Shown in pieces: positions 10,261 to 20,620 of a stretch of 64,000 nucleotides of DNA (position 1 is its first letter; each line of letters begins with the position of its first letter). A program made the position numbers and the translations under genes. The stretch spans positions 1,088,001 through 1,152,000 of the forward strand of contig OZ242220.1 of the NCBI GenBank assembly GCA_965206745.1, written 5' to 3'. Source of the DNA: Nitrosopumilus sp. Its GTDB lineage: Archaea; Thermoproteota; Nitrososphaeria; Nitrososphaerales; Nitrosopumilaceae. The notes beneath the pieces were generated by a model. That model was given only the letters and a program-made list of their open reading frames with translations. It searched no databases and was not told the DNA's origin.

Positions 10261-11259
10261 TTATTCTGTGGAATCAGGCCACATCATTTTACGCATTTCT
10301 TTGCCAACCTTTTCAATTTGGTGCTGATCATATACTTTCATGTGCTTGTCAAATGCATCCTTGCCGTTTTTCTGATATTCAGAGATCCACTCGCTGTTGA
10401 AGGTTCCATCCTGAATCATGGTGAGGACCTTTTTCATGTTTGCCTTACTTGCAGAATCCATAACCATAGGTCCACGGGTCAATCCGCCATATCTTGCAGT
10501 TTCGCTTACACGTCTCCACATTCCATTGATTCCGTATCTCTGAATCATATCTACGATGAGTTTGAGTTCATGCAGAACTTCAAAGTATGCAATCTCTGGC
10601 TGGTATCCTGCTTCAACAAGAGTCTCAAATGCGTTTGTGACCATAGACGCTGCTCCGCCACAAAGGTCTGCTTGCTCACCAAACCAATCAGTCTCCACTT
10701 CCTCTTTGAAAGCAGTCTTGATTAATCCGGCCCTTGCACTTCCGATTGCTTTTGCAATTCCCAGTGTCCTATCCCAAGCTTTTCCTGTAAAATCCTGTTC
10801 AACTGCAACAATTGCAGGAGTGCCAAAATTATCAAGGTATGTCTCCCTGACTTTGGAGCCGGGGCCCTTTGGGGCAACCATGATTAGATCAACATTGCTT
10901 GGCGCCTCAATCCACTTCCAATAGATTGCGGCTGCGTGAGAAAATGACAGTGCCTTTCCATCTGAGAGATTTGGTCCGATTTCATCTTTGTACACTTGGC
11001 CCTGAATCATGTCAGGGATCAATATGTGGACAATGTCTGCCTGTTTTGTCGCATCTGCAACAGACATCACTTTGTGACCATCAGATTCAGCCTTTTTCCA
11101 GCTGTTACCGCCTTCTTTAAGACCGATTATCACATTCAAGCCAGAGTCTTTCATGTTGTTTGCCTGCGCATCACCTTGAATTCCATAACCAATTACAGCA
11201 ACGGTTTGATCCTTGATTGGATCAAGACTGATATCGGCATCTTTCCATGTCTTTGCCAT
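10261..11259 (-). CDS. ilvC: Ketol-acid reductoisomerase
   Basis: VIGYGIQG, VAPKGPG, ETDWFGEQ, YFEVLHELKLIVD. Confidence 0.96.
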   Translation of the reverse strand: MAKTWKDADISLDPIKDQTVAVIGYGIQGDAQANNMKDSGLNVIIGLKEGGNSWKKAESDGHKVMSVADATKQADIVHILIPDMIQGQVYKDEIGPNLSDGKALSFSHAAAIYWKWIEAPSNVDLIMVAPKGPGSKVRETYLDNFGTPAIVAVEQDFTGKAWDRTLGIAKAIGSARAGLIKTAFKEEVETDWFGEQADLCGGAASMVTNAFETLVEAGYQPEIAYFEVLHELKLIVDMIQRYGINGMWRRVSETARYGGLTRGPMVMDSASKANMKKVLTMIQDGTFNSEWISEYQKNGKDAFDKHMKVYDQHQIEKVGKEMRKMMWPDSTE

Positions 11260-11479
11260 GAAGCGTTTCCATCAGCGCCCTTTTTTATGCTTACTGCCCA
11301 GGCCGTGGCTGACTCAGACAGACATATTTTGTAGCATCTGCCACCCAAATGATTTTTTAAAATTTTCTAGGATATTTGCAGGGTTGGCAAAAACAAGTTG
11401 CACCACAACACCTGTTTTGGGCGCTCAGAAAAACGATACAGTCATCAGGCCCAAATCAACTCATTGCCCCTACGATAAA

Positions 11480-11602
11480 TCATAGTTCAATTATCTTATC
11501 ACACAGACGACATTTCACTGTGACCTTCCTGCCAGGAAGCCGAACAAATCTCTTTGAGCCGCATTGTGGACAGATAGGACAAGCACGTAATGGTTCACCC
11601 AT
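11480..11602 (-). CDS. Putative 40-aa zinc-ribbon microprotein (not in ORF track)
   Basis: Manual translation MGEPLRACPICPQCGSKRFVRLPGRKVTVKCRLCDKIIEL; CPQC...CRLC. Confidence 0.6.
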   Translation of the reverse strand: MGEPLRACPICPQCGSKRFVRLPGRKVTVKCRLCDKIIEL

Positions 11603-11636
11603 GTTCAATGAGATTCTTGGATTTAATTAAATTGCA

Positions 11637-12557
11637 CTATTGAATTGGGCCGCTGCCAAGAATCCTAATGGTTGTGGATTCTGGTTTCAAAACGACAGCA
11701 ATCTGTCCTTTCTTGCACACGATCGGTTTTTCAAATGTTAGTTTCAGGGGGGATATTGATGAGAATTTTGCGGCCTTGATCTGCAACCCAATACTAACTA
11801 GGCAACCCTGATTTTCTGCAATATCATTTTTGTAAAAAGGACTCTTTTGGAAATCAAGCTCGACTTTGATTTTAACATCAACTGCGCCTTCTGCAGATAT
11901 TACATCCCCACGACTCACCTCATCAGGTTTGACCCCCTTTACTGCCAGACCGACTCTTGCAGGACATATAGACTCACTTACAGGATCATCGTGCATTTGT
12001 ATGGATTTGATTAGGATGTCAATTCCAGCAGGGTATAATTTCAGATTATCATATTGTTTCACAGTGCCGTTTGTCACCTTGCCAAGAATGACTGTTCCAA
12101 CTCCCTTTACGTCAAAACAGTGATCAATTACCATCTCGGGCGGATCTTGGTTTGTGACAGGCTCCAGTTTATCCATCGCTTCTTTGATTTTATCCTGATC
12201 AACTTTTGCATAATTTTCAACAACAGTTCCTTTAATCATCATTTCCAGCTTTGATTCATCAACATCAAAGGTATGGGATAGAATTCCTTTCTCTTTTTTT
12301 AGCGAGTCAAGTGCTATAATTTGTTCGCCAGTAAATTTGTCTAGTTTATCAACATGCAAAATAACATACTCTGCCAAATTAATTGCCTGAAACAAGGGCT
12401 GAATCTTATCTGGAAATCCAGTGGGAGCAACCCAGGTTTTAATTATATCTGACTCCTTTCTGTCATATACAGTGAGATCAGTCTCTGTTCCTTTCTTTCC
12501 AAACTCTGATGCAATGTCTTGCTTTCCTAAAACCACAAAATTTACTGATCTGACCAT
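11637..12557 (-). CDS. Archaeal SelB-like/EF-Tu domain II-III protein with degenerate G domain
   Basis: IDHCFDVKGVGTVILG and KSIQMHD...ARVGLAVKG (EF-Tu domain II); no intact GxxxxGKS/T. Confidence 0.85.
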   Translation of the reverse strand: MVRSVNFVVLGKQDIASEFGKKGTETDLTVYDRKESDIIKTWVAPTGFPDKIQPLFQAINLAEYVILHVDKLDKFTGEQIIALDSLKKEKGILSHTFDVDESKLEMMIKGTVVENYAKVDQDKIKEAMDKLEPVTNQDPPEMVIDHCFDVKGVGTVILGKVTNGTVKQYDNLKLYPAGIDILIKSIQMHDDPVSESICPARVGLAVKGVKPDEVSRGDVISAEGAVDVKIKVELDFQKSPFYKNDIAENQGCLVSIGLQIKAAKFSSISPLKLTFEKPIVCKKGQIAVVLKPESTTIRILGSGPIQ

Positions 12558-12936
12558 GAATCTTGATTAAAACTGGATCTTATGAAGTTTTGAATTTTTA
12601 AATCATACATTCAGTGTTTGTGTTTTTTTATACAGCTATCACAAAATTCAGAACCGCATTGATCACATGAGACGAGTTGTCCTGGCCTGTATCCGGCAAA
12701 GCACTCGTCGCAGTTAGTACCATTCATGAAGCATTTTAGAGAACCCAATCTAAAAATCATTCTAGTCAGAGACATTCAGAAAAAGGTCTAGCGACATTGT
12801 GCTTTTCATCGAAAATGCAGAGACTGCCCAAGATGGACTCATTCCCATGAATCCATGCCTAACTTTACAAGAGTACGAGTTTAATTTTTCATATAAAGAC
12901 CAACGTACGAATTACACAATACCGATGAGATGAGGA

Positions 12937-13686
12937 TCAGGGGTACGAATTGAGAACCTGAGCATAGCTTGCAAAACGATGGTTTTTGGGCTTTACCAAT
13001 TTTTGACGGTATTTTCTTATTGGTTTGCCAGTTGCTCCGTTTAGCCCAAGTGGGCCTTTAACGTACTTTTTGGCATCGGCCATCAAAAGAACCTCGTCCT
13101 TTGGGGCATAGTGGTTTACTATTTTTGATTTGACCACAGTCTGAAGAATCTTGCCGTATTTTTTTGAGGATGGGACATCCTCGGTGATTGATGCGCCAAA
13201 GAGATACACGCCCTCTACAACTCCAGCATCTTGTCTCTTTGCAAGATATTCCAGAGTACTCAGAATCACTTGTGAGCCCAGAGAGTGGCCCATCAGCCTT
13301 ATCTTTGTTTTAGGGCTGATTGTTTTGAAATCCTCAATAAACGTGCCAAGATTTTTTCCATTTTTGATTGCAATTTTTTGCCCAACTGCAAGTGCATGCT
13401 TTTCATGCTTGAACAAATGAGCGCCGGTGGTGTTTGAATCATAACTATATCCTATTACAGGGTGGTCATATCCCAATTTATGCAATTGTCTTTTAGCTAG
13501 AGCAACTTTTGCAATTGCACCGGCATTATCATTTCTCAACCCGTGAATCATGATAGTGAGTTCGTGAGAGCCGACCAGTTTTTTAAAATCACTTTTTGGG
13601 TATACATAATATGAGTTATTTTTTAGCGTCTTTCCATCGGAAAGATCATAGTAGCCCCTTGTGGAAATTCTTGGAATGGGCCTCAT
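12937..13686 (-). CDS. Alpha/beta-hydrolase fold protein (DUF726/DUF900-like)
   Basis: IHGL oxyanion region and GHSLG nucleophile elbow. Confidence 0.8.
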   Translation of the reverse strand: MRPIPRISTRGYYDLSDGKTLKNNSYYVYPKSDFKKLVGSHELTIMIHGLRNDNAGAIAKVALAKRQLHKLGYDHPVIGYSYDSNTTGAHLFKHEKHALAVGQKIAIKNGKNLGTFIEDFKTISPKTKIRLMGHSLGSQVILSTLEYLAKRQDAGVVEGVYLFGASITEDVPSSKKYGKILQTVVKSKIVNHYAPKDEVLLMADAKKYVKGPLGLNGATGKPIRKYRQKLVKPKNHRFASYAQVLNSYP

Positions 13687-13688
13687 AT

Positions 13689-15344
13689 TTATCCAGATGG
13701 CCCTAGCTGATTTTTGTGTTTTTCTATATCAGATTCCTCTACTTTGGCAAATATCGGGAAGGCATCACCCAACACGTGGTTGGGCAGGATGCTCAACTGG
13801 GACATATCATTCCACGAAGACTGGTTTGCCGCCCCATCTAGTCCCAGCTGTTCCCAGATTTTTTGTGAGGATTCAGGCAAAAAGGGGATAAGGGCTATGG
13901 ATAGTGCCCTTGCAGCATTCACAGAAAGGTACACGCAGTTTGCAGCATCAAGGCCCTTTTTCCAAGGCTCTTTGTGCTGAAAGTACTGGTTGAAGAAAGA
14001 TGAGAACTCCATGATTCTTTTCAGGGCCCTATCAAGATGATTCTGCTCCACAAGTGCACCCACATCAGATGCAAGATTCCTTATTTTTTGCTCAGCCTCG
14101 GAATCTTTCTCATCAAAAGAGTCATGCTCTGGAACTTTGCCATCAAAAGCCTTTTTGGTAAATCCAAGCGCCCTGTTTACAAAATTTCCAAGATTCCCGA
14201 TTAATTCGGAATTGATTCTCGTTGTAAAGTCATCCCAATCAAAATTGAGATCAGCTTGAGAGTAGGGATTGATAGAGACAAGATAGTAACGGAGATAGTC
14301 AGCAGGATAGTACTCTAGGAATTGTCTCAGTCCGATATACCAATTCCTGCTTTTGGAGATCTTTTTTGATTGCAAAGTCAGATGTCCCCGGGTTGGAATG
14401 TAGTCAGGAAGCTTGTATTCAGAATCAATTCCCAATCTCATTGCAGGCAAGAAAAGATAGTGGTGGTACACGATGTCTTTGCCGATGAAATGATAAATGT
14501 CAGCAGAGTTCCAAAATTCTTTTCCGTCGATTCCCTTATCGTTAAGAAATTTCATTGCAGTTGAGATGTATGCCAAATGGTTGTCAAACCAACCATAAAA
14601 GACCTTGCCCTGAGCACCATCAAGGGGTACCGGAACACCCCAAGAGATATCTCGCGTGATATCCCAATCAATCAGGCCGGATTTGATCCAATTTTGAACG
14701 TATTTTTTGACATCTTTTTGCAGATGGATATTTTCATCCAGCCATTTTGTTAGTTGGTCGCCAAAGTTTTTGAGTTTGAAAAAATAATGTTTTGTTTTTT
14801 CTTTGGTAGGAGGCTGCCCACACAAAGAACATCTCGGATCAGTGATCTCCTCAGGAACACGGCCACAGTCTTCACAGAGATCAGAGTACTGGTCTTGGGC
14901 ATCACAGTACGGGCAGATGCCTTTCACATATCTGTCAGGCAGGAATTTTTTGTCGTTATTACAGTAGAACTGGATTATCTCTTTTTCATAAATATGTCCA
15001 GAGTCATTTAGTTTCTTAAACACATCCTGAACAAACTCAATATTTTCAGCAGAACTTGTTTTGTAGAAATAGTCAAATGCAATGTTAAATGCGGAAAAAT
15101 CATCATAGTCTCTTTTATTCCAGTGGGCCACGTATTCGGCCGGAGTCTTTCCCTCCTTTTCTGACTGGATTAGAATTGGCGTTCCAAAATCATCAGATGC
15201 ACAGACATAATACGCCTCAACTCCATTTAGCTTTAAGAATCGAGTGGTCACATCTGCAGGAAGGTATGTTGATGCAACATGCCCCAAATGAATCTCTCCG
15301 TTTGCATAGGGCAAGGCGCTTGTAATGATAGCTTTTTTGTTCAT
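13689..15344 (-). CDS. metG: Methionine--tRNA ligase
   Basis: PYANGEIHLGH, Zn knuckles, FIGKDI, KISKS. Confidence 0.96.
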   Translation of the reverse strand: MNKKAIITSALPYANGEIHLGHVASTYLPADVTTRFLKLNGVEAYYVCASDDFGTPILIQSEKEGKTPAEYVAHWNKRDYDDFSAFNIAFDYFYKTSSAENIEFVQDVFKKLNDSGHIYEKEIIQFYCNNDKKFLPDRYVKGICPYCDAQDQYSDLCEDCGRVPEEITDPRCSLCGQPPTKEKTKHYFFKLKNFGDQLTKWLDENIHLQKDVKKYVQNWIKSGLIDWDITRDISWGVPVPLDGAQGKVFYGWFDNHLAYISTAMKFLNDKGIDGKEFWNSADIYHFIGKDIVYHHYLFLPAMRLGIDSEYKLPDYIPTRGHLTLQSKKISKSRNWYIGLRQFLEYYPADYLRYYLVSINPYSQADLNFDWDDFTTRINSELIGNLGNFVNRALGFTKKAFDGKVPEHDSFDEKDSEAEQKIRNLASDVGALVEQNHLDRALKRIMEFSSFFNQYFQHKEPWKKGLDAANCVYLSVNAARALSIALIPFLPESSQKIWEQLGLDGAANQSSWNDMSQLSILPNHVLGDAFPIFAKVEESDIEKHKNQLGPSG

Positions 15345-15381
15345 CAGACACTAGTTAACTGCTAGATCGAGGTTAAGAAGT

Positions 15382-16623
15382 TTACCAGTTGTTTGCGTAT
15401 TTTACTTGCTCTGGAGTTAGTTTATCAATTTTGACATTCATTGCGCGTAGTGCGTCAACTGCAATCTGTTGATCAATCTCTTCAGGAACATTGATAATCT
15501 TATTTTCCATCTTTTTGTGATTTTTAAGAATGTACAGTACAGATAGAATCTGATTTGAAAATGATTGTGCCATTACTTCAGGAGGGTGTCCTTCTGCGGC
15601 AACCAAATTTGCGAGTCGACCCTGTCCAATAAGATAGACCCTTTTGCCATTCTTCAAGATGCATTCATCAAGGTTAGGTCGGACTTCTTTAACAGATTTC
15701 GATGACTTTAGCAGGAACTTGCTGTCAATCTCAACATCAAAGTGGCCCACATTTCCCATGATTGCGCCATCCTTCATTGTCAGAATGTGTTCTTTGCGGA
15801 TGACGCTAGTCATGCCGGTACACGTGACAAACATATCACCAACCTTTGCAGCGTGCGCCATTGGCATCACTTCAAACCCGTCCATGTGTGCCTCAAGAGC
15901 CTTTACAGGATCAACTTCTGTGACAATCACTTTGGAACCCATTCCATTACATCTAGATGCGACACCTCGCCCTACCCAGCCATATCCAACAACTACGACA
16001 CGCTTTGAGGCCATCAGAAGATTCATTGCACGAAGATATCCATCTATTGTGCTCTGGCCAGTCCCATAGCGATTATCAAACATGTGTTTTGTGTATGCCT
16101 CATTGACTAGTATTACAGGATACCGCAATTTGCCTTGGTTTTCAACAGCCCTGATTCTAGTGACACCAGCAGTTGTTTCCTCAGTTGCACCGAGTATTTC
16201 CAGGTCTTTGAATCGTTTATCAAAATGAGCTTTGATGTTCATATCAGCACCGTCATCAGTAAGAATTGTAGGCTTGTGCTTTAACACCTGATCAATGCAC
16301 CAATCATATTCTTTGACAGATTGCCCGTGCCACGAATACACATTGATTTTCTGGGATGCCAAGAATGCGGCAATGTTATCTTGGGTAGTCAAAGGGTTCC
16401 CACCGCAGCATGCAACAGTGGCTCCCAACTCCTTGGCACCCATAAGCAAAACAGATGTTTCTTTGGTGATGTGAAGGCAAAATCCAAGCGTGATTCCCTT
16501 TAGTGGTTTTGATTTTTTGTATCGATTAATAGTATTATCAAGTATTTGCATGTGAGATCTGGCCCATTCATATGATAGTTTGCCCTCTTTGATCAACTTT
16601 GGGCTGGACTTTACTTTGCTCAT
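15382..16623 (-). CDS. ahcY: Adenosylhomocysteinase
   Basis: NPLTTQD, EETTAG, KHMFDNRYGTGQS, GYGWVGRG, GHFDVEID, GHPPEVM. Confidence 0.96.
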   Translation of the reverse strand: MSKVKSSPKLIKEGKLSYEWARSHMQILDNTINRYKKSKPLKGITLGFCLHITKETSVLLMGAKELGATVACCGGNPLTTQDNIAAFLASQKINVYSWHGQSVKEYDWCIDQVLKHKPTILTDDGADMNIKAHFDKRFKDLEILGATEETTAGVTRIRAVENQGKLRYPVILVNEAYTKHMFDNRYGTGQSTIDGYLRAMNLLMASKRVVVVGYGWVGRGVASRCNGMGSKVIVTEVDPVKALEAHMDGFEVMPMAHAAKVGDMFVTCTGMTSVIRKEHILTMKDGAIMGNVGHFDVEIDSKFLLKSSKSVKEVRPNLDECILKNGKRVYLIGQGRLANLVAAEGHPPEVMAQSFSNQILSVLYILKNHKKMENKIINVPEEIDQQIAVDALRAMNVKIDKLTPEQVKYANNW

Positions 16624-16698
16624 TAACGTGACCCGATGTTTATGGTATAAAATTCTATCATGCGAATGTAAATAAATGACAAGAATATCAGAAATTTA

Positions 16699-17001
16699 TT
16701 GGCTTGGAAGAAGATTGCAGATAAAGGTGCCGTAGCCGCAGGAAAAGGCAAAGCCTTCAAGATCGATGGGAAGCAGATAGCAGTCTTCAATCAAGACGGA
16801 TACCATGCAATGGATGATCTTTGTGTACATCAAGACGGCTCAATTGCGCCAGGCAAGCTAGAAGGAGACATTGTAGAATGTCCACTGCATTTTTGGCATT
16901 ACAATATCAAAACTGGGGAATTGACAGACTATCTCAAAGATGTAAAACTTGAGACATATCCGGTACAAGCCAGAGATGACGGCATCTATATCGATATTTG
17001 A
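16699..17001 (+). CDS. Rieske-type [2Fe-2S] ferredoxin
   Basis: CVH...CPLH motifs. Confidence 0.9.
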   Translation: MAWKKIADKGAVAAGKGKAFKIDGKQIAVFNQDGYHAMDDLCVHQDGSIAPGKLEGDIVECPLHFWHYNIKTGELTDYLKDVKLETYPVQARDDGIYIDI

Positions 17002-17208
17002 TTAAAAATAAAACCAGCACTATTTTGAATGTAAAACGCAGAAAATGGGTAAATCATCCCCCAGCTCGTGCCAGATATTGGTTGTCTCAGATGTGTGATT
17101 ATCCTGCAACATCACAAGGCTGTTTACGAACATTATTTGAGTAAAATGAGTCTTTTAGGATCAATATCATGCATAAGTTTTATTTTCATACAGTCTAAAA
17201 AATAACTG

Positions 17209-18000
17209 TTGAATCAGAACATCATAAATGAGATCAAAAATCAGGATTATCCAAAAATAACTGAGACGATCGAAAGTTTCCTGGCAGACCAGATTGAAAA
17301 AAACCAAGCCAAAGGAATAATCTTGGGATTAAGTGGCGGCATAGACTCTGCAGTCACAGCATACATTTGTAAAAGAAGGCTAAGAGACAAGACACTGGCG
17401 CTAATCATGCCAGATACATCAATCACCCCAAAATCAGAGACAGAGGATGCACTCAAGATGATTGCACTGACAGGAATCAAGCACAAGCTAATCGACATAA
17501 AACCCATCATAAATGAATATTCGATGTATGTAGAACCAAGCGAGAAGGCAAGAGGAAATCTTCGAGCAAGGGTCAGAGCAAACATGTTGTACTATTATGC
17601 AAATGCCAAAGATTATCTTGTTTTGGGATCCAGTGACAAAAGCGAATACAATATCGGATATTTTACAAAGTTTGGAGATGGCGCATCAGATATCACACCA
17701 ATTATTTCCCTTTACAAGTTGCAAGTACGGGAGATTGCAAAATACCTTGGAGTCCCAGACAACATCATTGCCAAAAAAAGCAGTCCCCACCTTTGGAAGG
17801 ATCATCAGGCAGAAGAAGAATTGGGCTTATCGTATGAGGAGATCGATTCTGTCCTGTACTGTATGCTTGAAAAAGAGCTATCAATTGATGAGGTAGAGAA
17901 AGCCATCCAGATGCCAAGGAGTGCTATAGAGAAGATTCAGCAATTACACGCAAACAGCAAACACAAAAGATTGCCACCGCAGATGCCAATGGAGGAATAA
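17209..18000 (+). CDS. nadE: NH3-dependent NAD+ synthetase
   Basis: GLSGGIDS, GNLRARVR, GYFTKFGDG. Confidence 0.95.
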   Translation: MNQNIINEIKNQDYPKITETIESFLADQIEKNQAKGIILGLSGGIDSAVTAYICKRRLRDKTLALIMPDTSITPKSETEDALKMIALTGIKHKLIDIKPIINEYSMYVEPSEKARGNLRARVRANMLYYYANAKDYLVLGSSDKSEYNIGYFTKFGDGASDITPIISLYKLQVREIAKYLGVPDNIIAKKSSPHLWKDHQAEEELGLSYEEIDSVLYCMLEKELSIDEVEKAIQMPRSAIEKIQQLHANSKHKRLPPQMPMEE

Positions 18001-18001
18001 A

Positions 18002-19411
18002 ATGAGACTGTTAGATACGCTATCCAAGACAGAGCAGAAGGTAGACACATCAAAGAAGGTTAGGATTTACCTCTGCGGAGTTACAGTATATGATGAATCC
18101 CACATTGGCCATGCAAGAACAATCATAGTTTTTGATGTGTTAAGAAAATATTTGGAAGACAAAGGAATAGAAATCCAACTTGTTCAAAACTTTACAGATG
18201 TTGATGACAAAATCATCAAGCGTGCCAACATAGAAAATAAGACAGCGCATGAGATTAGTGACAGATACATCGACAATTACTTTGTTGATTTTGACGGACT
18301 GAATGTCAAACGTGCAACAAACTATCCAAAGGCAACAGAGCACATTACAGAGATCATCAAATTTATTGAAAAATTGATTGAAAAAGGAATCGCATATGTT
18401 ACAAAAAACGGAGTTTATTTTTCAGTGTCGGAATTTCCAGAGTATGGAAAACTATCCAAAAAGAAGATCGACGAGTTGCAGTCAGGGGCAAGAATCGAGG
18501 TGGATGAGCAGAAGAAGGATCCTCTGGATTTTGCAGTATGGAAGATATCAGATGACAAACCAACTTGGGAGAGTCCATGGGGAAAAGGAAGGCCCGGTTG
18601 GCACATAGAGTGCTCTGCCATGAGCATAAAGTACCTAGGAGAGAACTTTGAGATTCATGGGGGTGGTCGTGATCTCATTTTTCCACATCACGAGAATGAG
18701 ATTGCACAGTCAGAGTCTTGTACAGAGGTTCAATTTGCAAAAATATGGATGCATGTTGGAATGGTCACTATAGAAGGAGAGAAGATGTCAAAATCAGTAG
18801 GTAATGTAAAATCAATCAAGCATGTATTGGAAAATTGGGGATCAAACATCATCAGATTGTTCTGCCTATCAGGCCATTATTCCAAACCAATTGACTATTC
18901 TGAAGAATTGCTAAAAGAGAATCTTACAAAATGGAGGCAGGTGGAGACCTGTTATTACGAGTTGGTTCATGCCAATGATGAGAACGGTGAAGAAATCAAA
19001 GAGTTTGTCACCAAGACAGGCTCAGAGTTTGACACCGCATTGGATAATGACTTTAACACACACCTAGCATTATCTGCATTTTTCCAATTAGTTAAAGAGA
19101 CAAACAGACTGGCTGCCGAAGAAAGACTCGGAAGAGATAACGGTGACACGATAAAAACAGAGTTGAAAAGAATGCTAAAGATTCTAGGGTTGCAAATTCC
19201 AAAGATAACAGATGCACAGAGAAAAGAGATAGACAGGTTAATTGTAGATAGGGAGGAGGCAAGAAACGATAAAAAATTCAAAGATGCAGATAGGATCAGA
19301 GACAAGCTAAATCAAATGAATGTGGAGTTAATTGATCACAAGGGGAAAACAGTTTGGATGATTAAAGAAAGCATCAGGGCAGAAAACCAAAAATTCTCCA
19401 GTATCAACTAG
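18002..19411 (+). CDS. cysS: Cysteine--tRNA ligase
   Basis: CGVTVYD, HIGHAR, GRPGWHIEC, HGGGRDLIFPHHENE, KMSKS. Confidence 0.96.
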   Translation: MRLLDTLSKTEQKVDTSKKVRIYLCGVTVYDESHIGHARTIIVFDVLRKYLEDKGIEIQLVQNFTDVDDKIIKRANIENKTAHEISDRYIDNYFVDFDGLNVKRATNYPKATEHITEIIKFIEKLIEKGIAYVTKNGVYFSVSEFPEYGKLSKKKIDELQSGARIEVDEQKKDPLDFAVWKISDDKPTWESPWGKGRPGWHIECSAMSIKYLGENFEIHGGGRDLIFPHHENEIAQSESCTEVQFAKIWMHVGMVTIEGEKMSKSVGNVKSIKHVLENWGSNIIRLFCLSGHYSKPIDYSEELLKENLTKWRQVETCYYELVHANDENGEEIKEFVTKTGSEFDTALDNDFNTHLALSAFFQLVKETNRLAAEERLGRDNGDTIKTELKRMLKILGLQIPKITDAQRKEIDRLIVDREEARNDKKFKDADRIRDKLNQMNVELIDHKGKTVWMIKESIRAENQKFSSIN

Positions 19412-19509
19412 TTTGCACCAATAGAATTAACGCCTAAAAAACAAGGGATGCCTAATTAGGAGAATCTAATTTTCGTTGCCTTTAATAGAACAGAAAACTG
19501 AAACAGCAC

Positions 19510-19791
19510 ATGAATGCATGGAGTAAATTTTGGCAATGGTATGAAAATAAAATACTCGGAAGTGTGATTCTAATTGCAATCATACAGTTCATTCAAATCC
19601 CACACATGGTATGGAATGCAGACCTTATGTTGGAAGCAGGAATTGTATCAAGAGTTAATCCGGTGATCGACTGGTTCTTGTACGGAGTTGATCTAATTGA
19701 AATTATTTCAATTATTAACGTCGGGATGATAATGTTTAGTTTAATCAAGAAAAAGAGACAAGAAAAAAAGGCAAGAAAAAAGGCAAGTTAA
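19510..19791 (+). CDS. Small membrane protein
   Basis: Two hydrophobic segments and a basic C-terminus. Confidence 0.7.
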   Translation: MNAWSKFWQWYENKILGSVILIAIIQFIQIPHMVWNADLMLEAGIVSRVNPVIDWFLYGVDLIEIISIINVGMIMFSLIKKKRQEKKARKKAS

Positions 19792-19792
19792 T

Positions 19793-20620
19793 CTAGTCCT
19801 TTGCCTCCCAAAGAACCCTTTGTGGGAACGGGATTTCAATCCCAGCCTTGTCCAATGCCTGTTTTATGGCAGTAAGCAAGATTGGTTGTGCCTGACTCCA
19901 GTCATCTCTAGGATGCCAAACCAACACCTGGATATTGATGCTAGAGTCACCTAGTTCCTCAACTCGAAACTCAGGTTCAGGAACCACAAGTACAAAGGGC
20001 ATCGTAAGTCTGATTTCATTTTGGATTGCAGAGATGGCATCCCCGATGTCATCCTTGTATGAGATTCCCACCATCGCCTCAGCACGTCTCACAGTTGAAA
20101 CAGTAAGGGATCGAATATTAGATGTGAAAAATTTTTCGTTAGGGATTCTAATTACTGTTCCGTCAAATTTCCGAACTCTGCTAGAGAAGGTACCTACATC
20201 CAACAGCGTCCCAGAAATTCCCATATCAGGAATTTGTATGGTATCACCAAGCTTTGCAGGTTTTTCAATCATCAGGAAAATACCCGAGATCAGATTAGAC
20301 ACCACAGACTGTGTTGCAAATCCAATCACAACTGCAAAAATCCCGCCGGCTACAAGCAAACCTGAGAAATCAAGGCCTTGGCTGGATGTAAATACAAGAA
20401 ACGCAATCACAATAATTCCAAAATAAATGATCTTTCCAAAATTCTTTGCCGTATCCTGAGGGAGGGTAGGGGCATAATATTTGAAGAAGATCATCTTGGC
20501 AATTTTTGCAGAAATGACTCCGACTGCCATAATTATTGCGCCAATTAACAAAGAGAGAACATTCAATCCTCCAACAATCTCCATTTCAGATAACCCCTGC
20601 AAAAATTCTATAGGAGTCAA
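19793..20620 (-). CDS. mscS: Small-conductance mechanosensitive channel
   Basis: Three TM helices, GFATQSVVSNLISG, IPNEKF, GIEIPFPQR. Confidence 0.92.
   Translation of the reverse strand: MTPIEFLQGLSEMEIVGGLNVLSLLIGAIIMAVGVISAKIAKMIFFKYYAPTLPQDTAKNFGKIIYFGIIVIAFLVFTSSQGLDFSGLLVAGGIFAVVIGFATQSVVSNLISGIFLMIEKPAKLGDTIQIPDMGISGTLLDVGTFSSRVRKFDGTVIRIPNEKFFTSNIRSLTVSTVRRAEAMVGISYKDDIGDAISAIQNEIRLTMPFVLVVPEPEFRVEELGDSSINIQVLVWHPRDDWSQAQPILLTAIKQALDKAGIEIPFPQRVLWEAKD

Noticed and set aside
12671-12709. Hairpin gacgagt...actcgtc upstream of the SelB-like gene (SECIS or riboswitch?)
   Set aside because: Only a 7-bp stem, no recognisable SECIS or riboswitch consensus, and it lies in what looks like decayed coding sequence.
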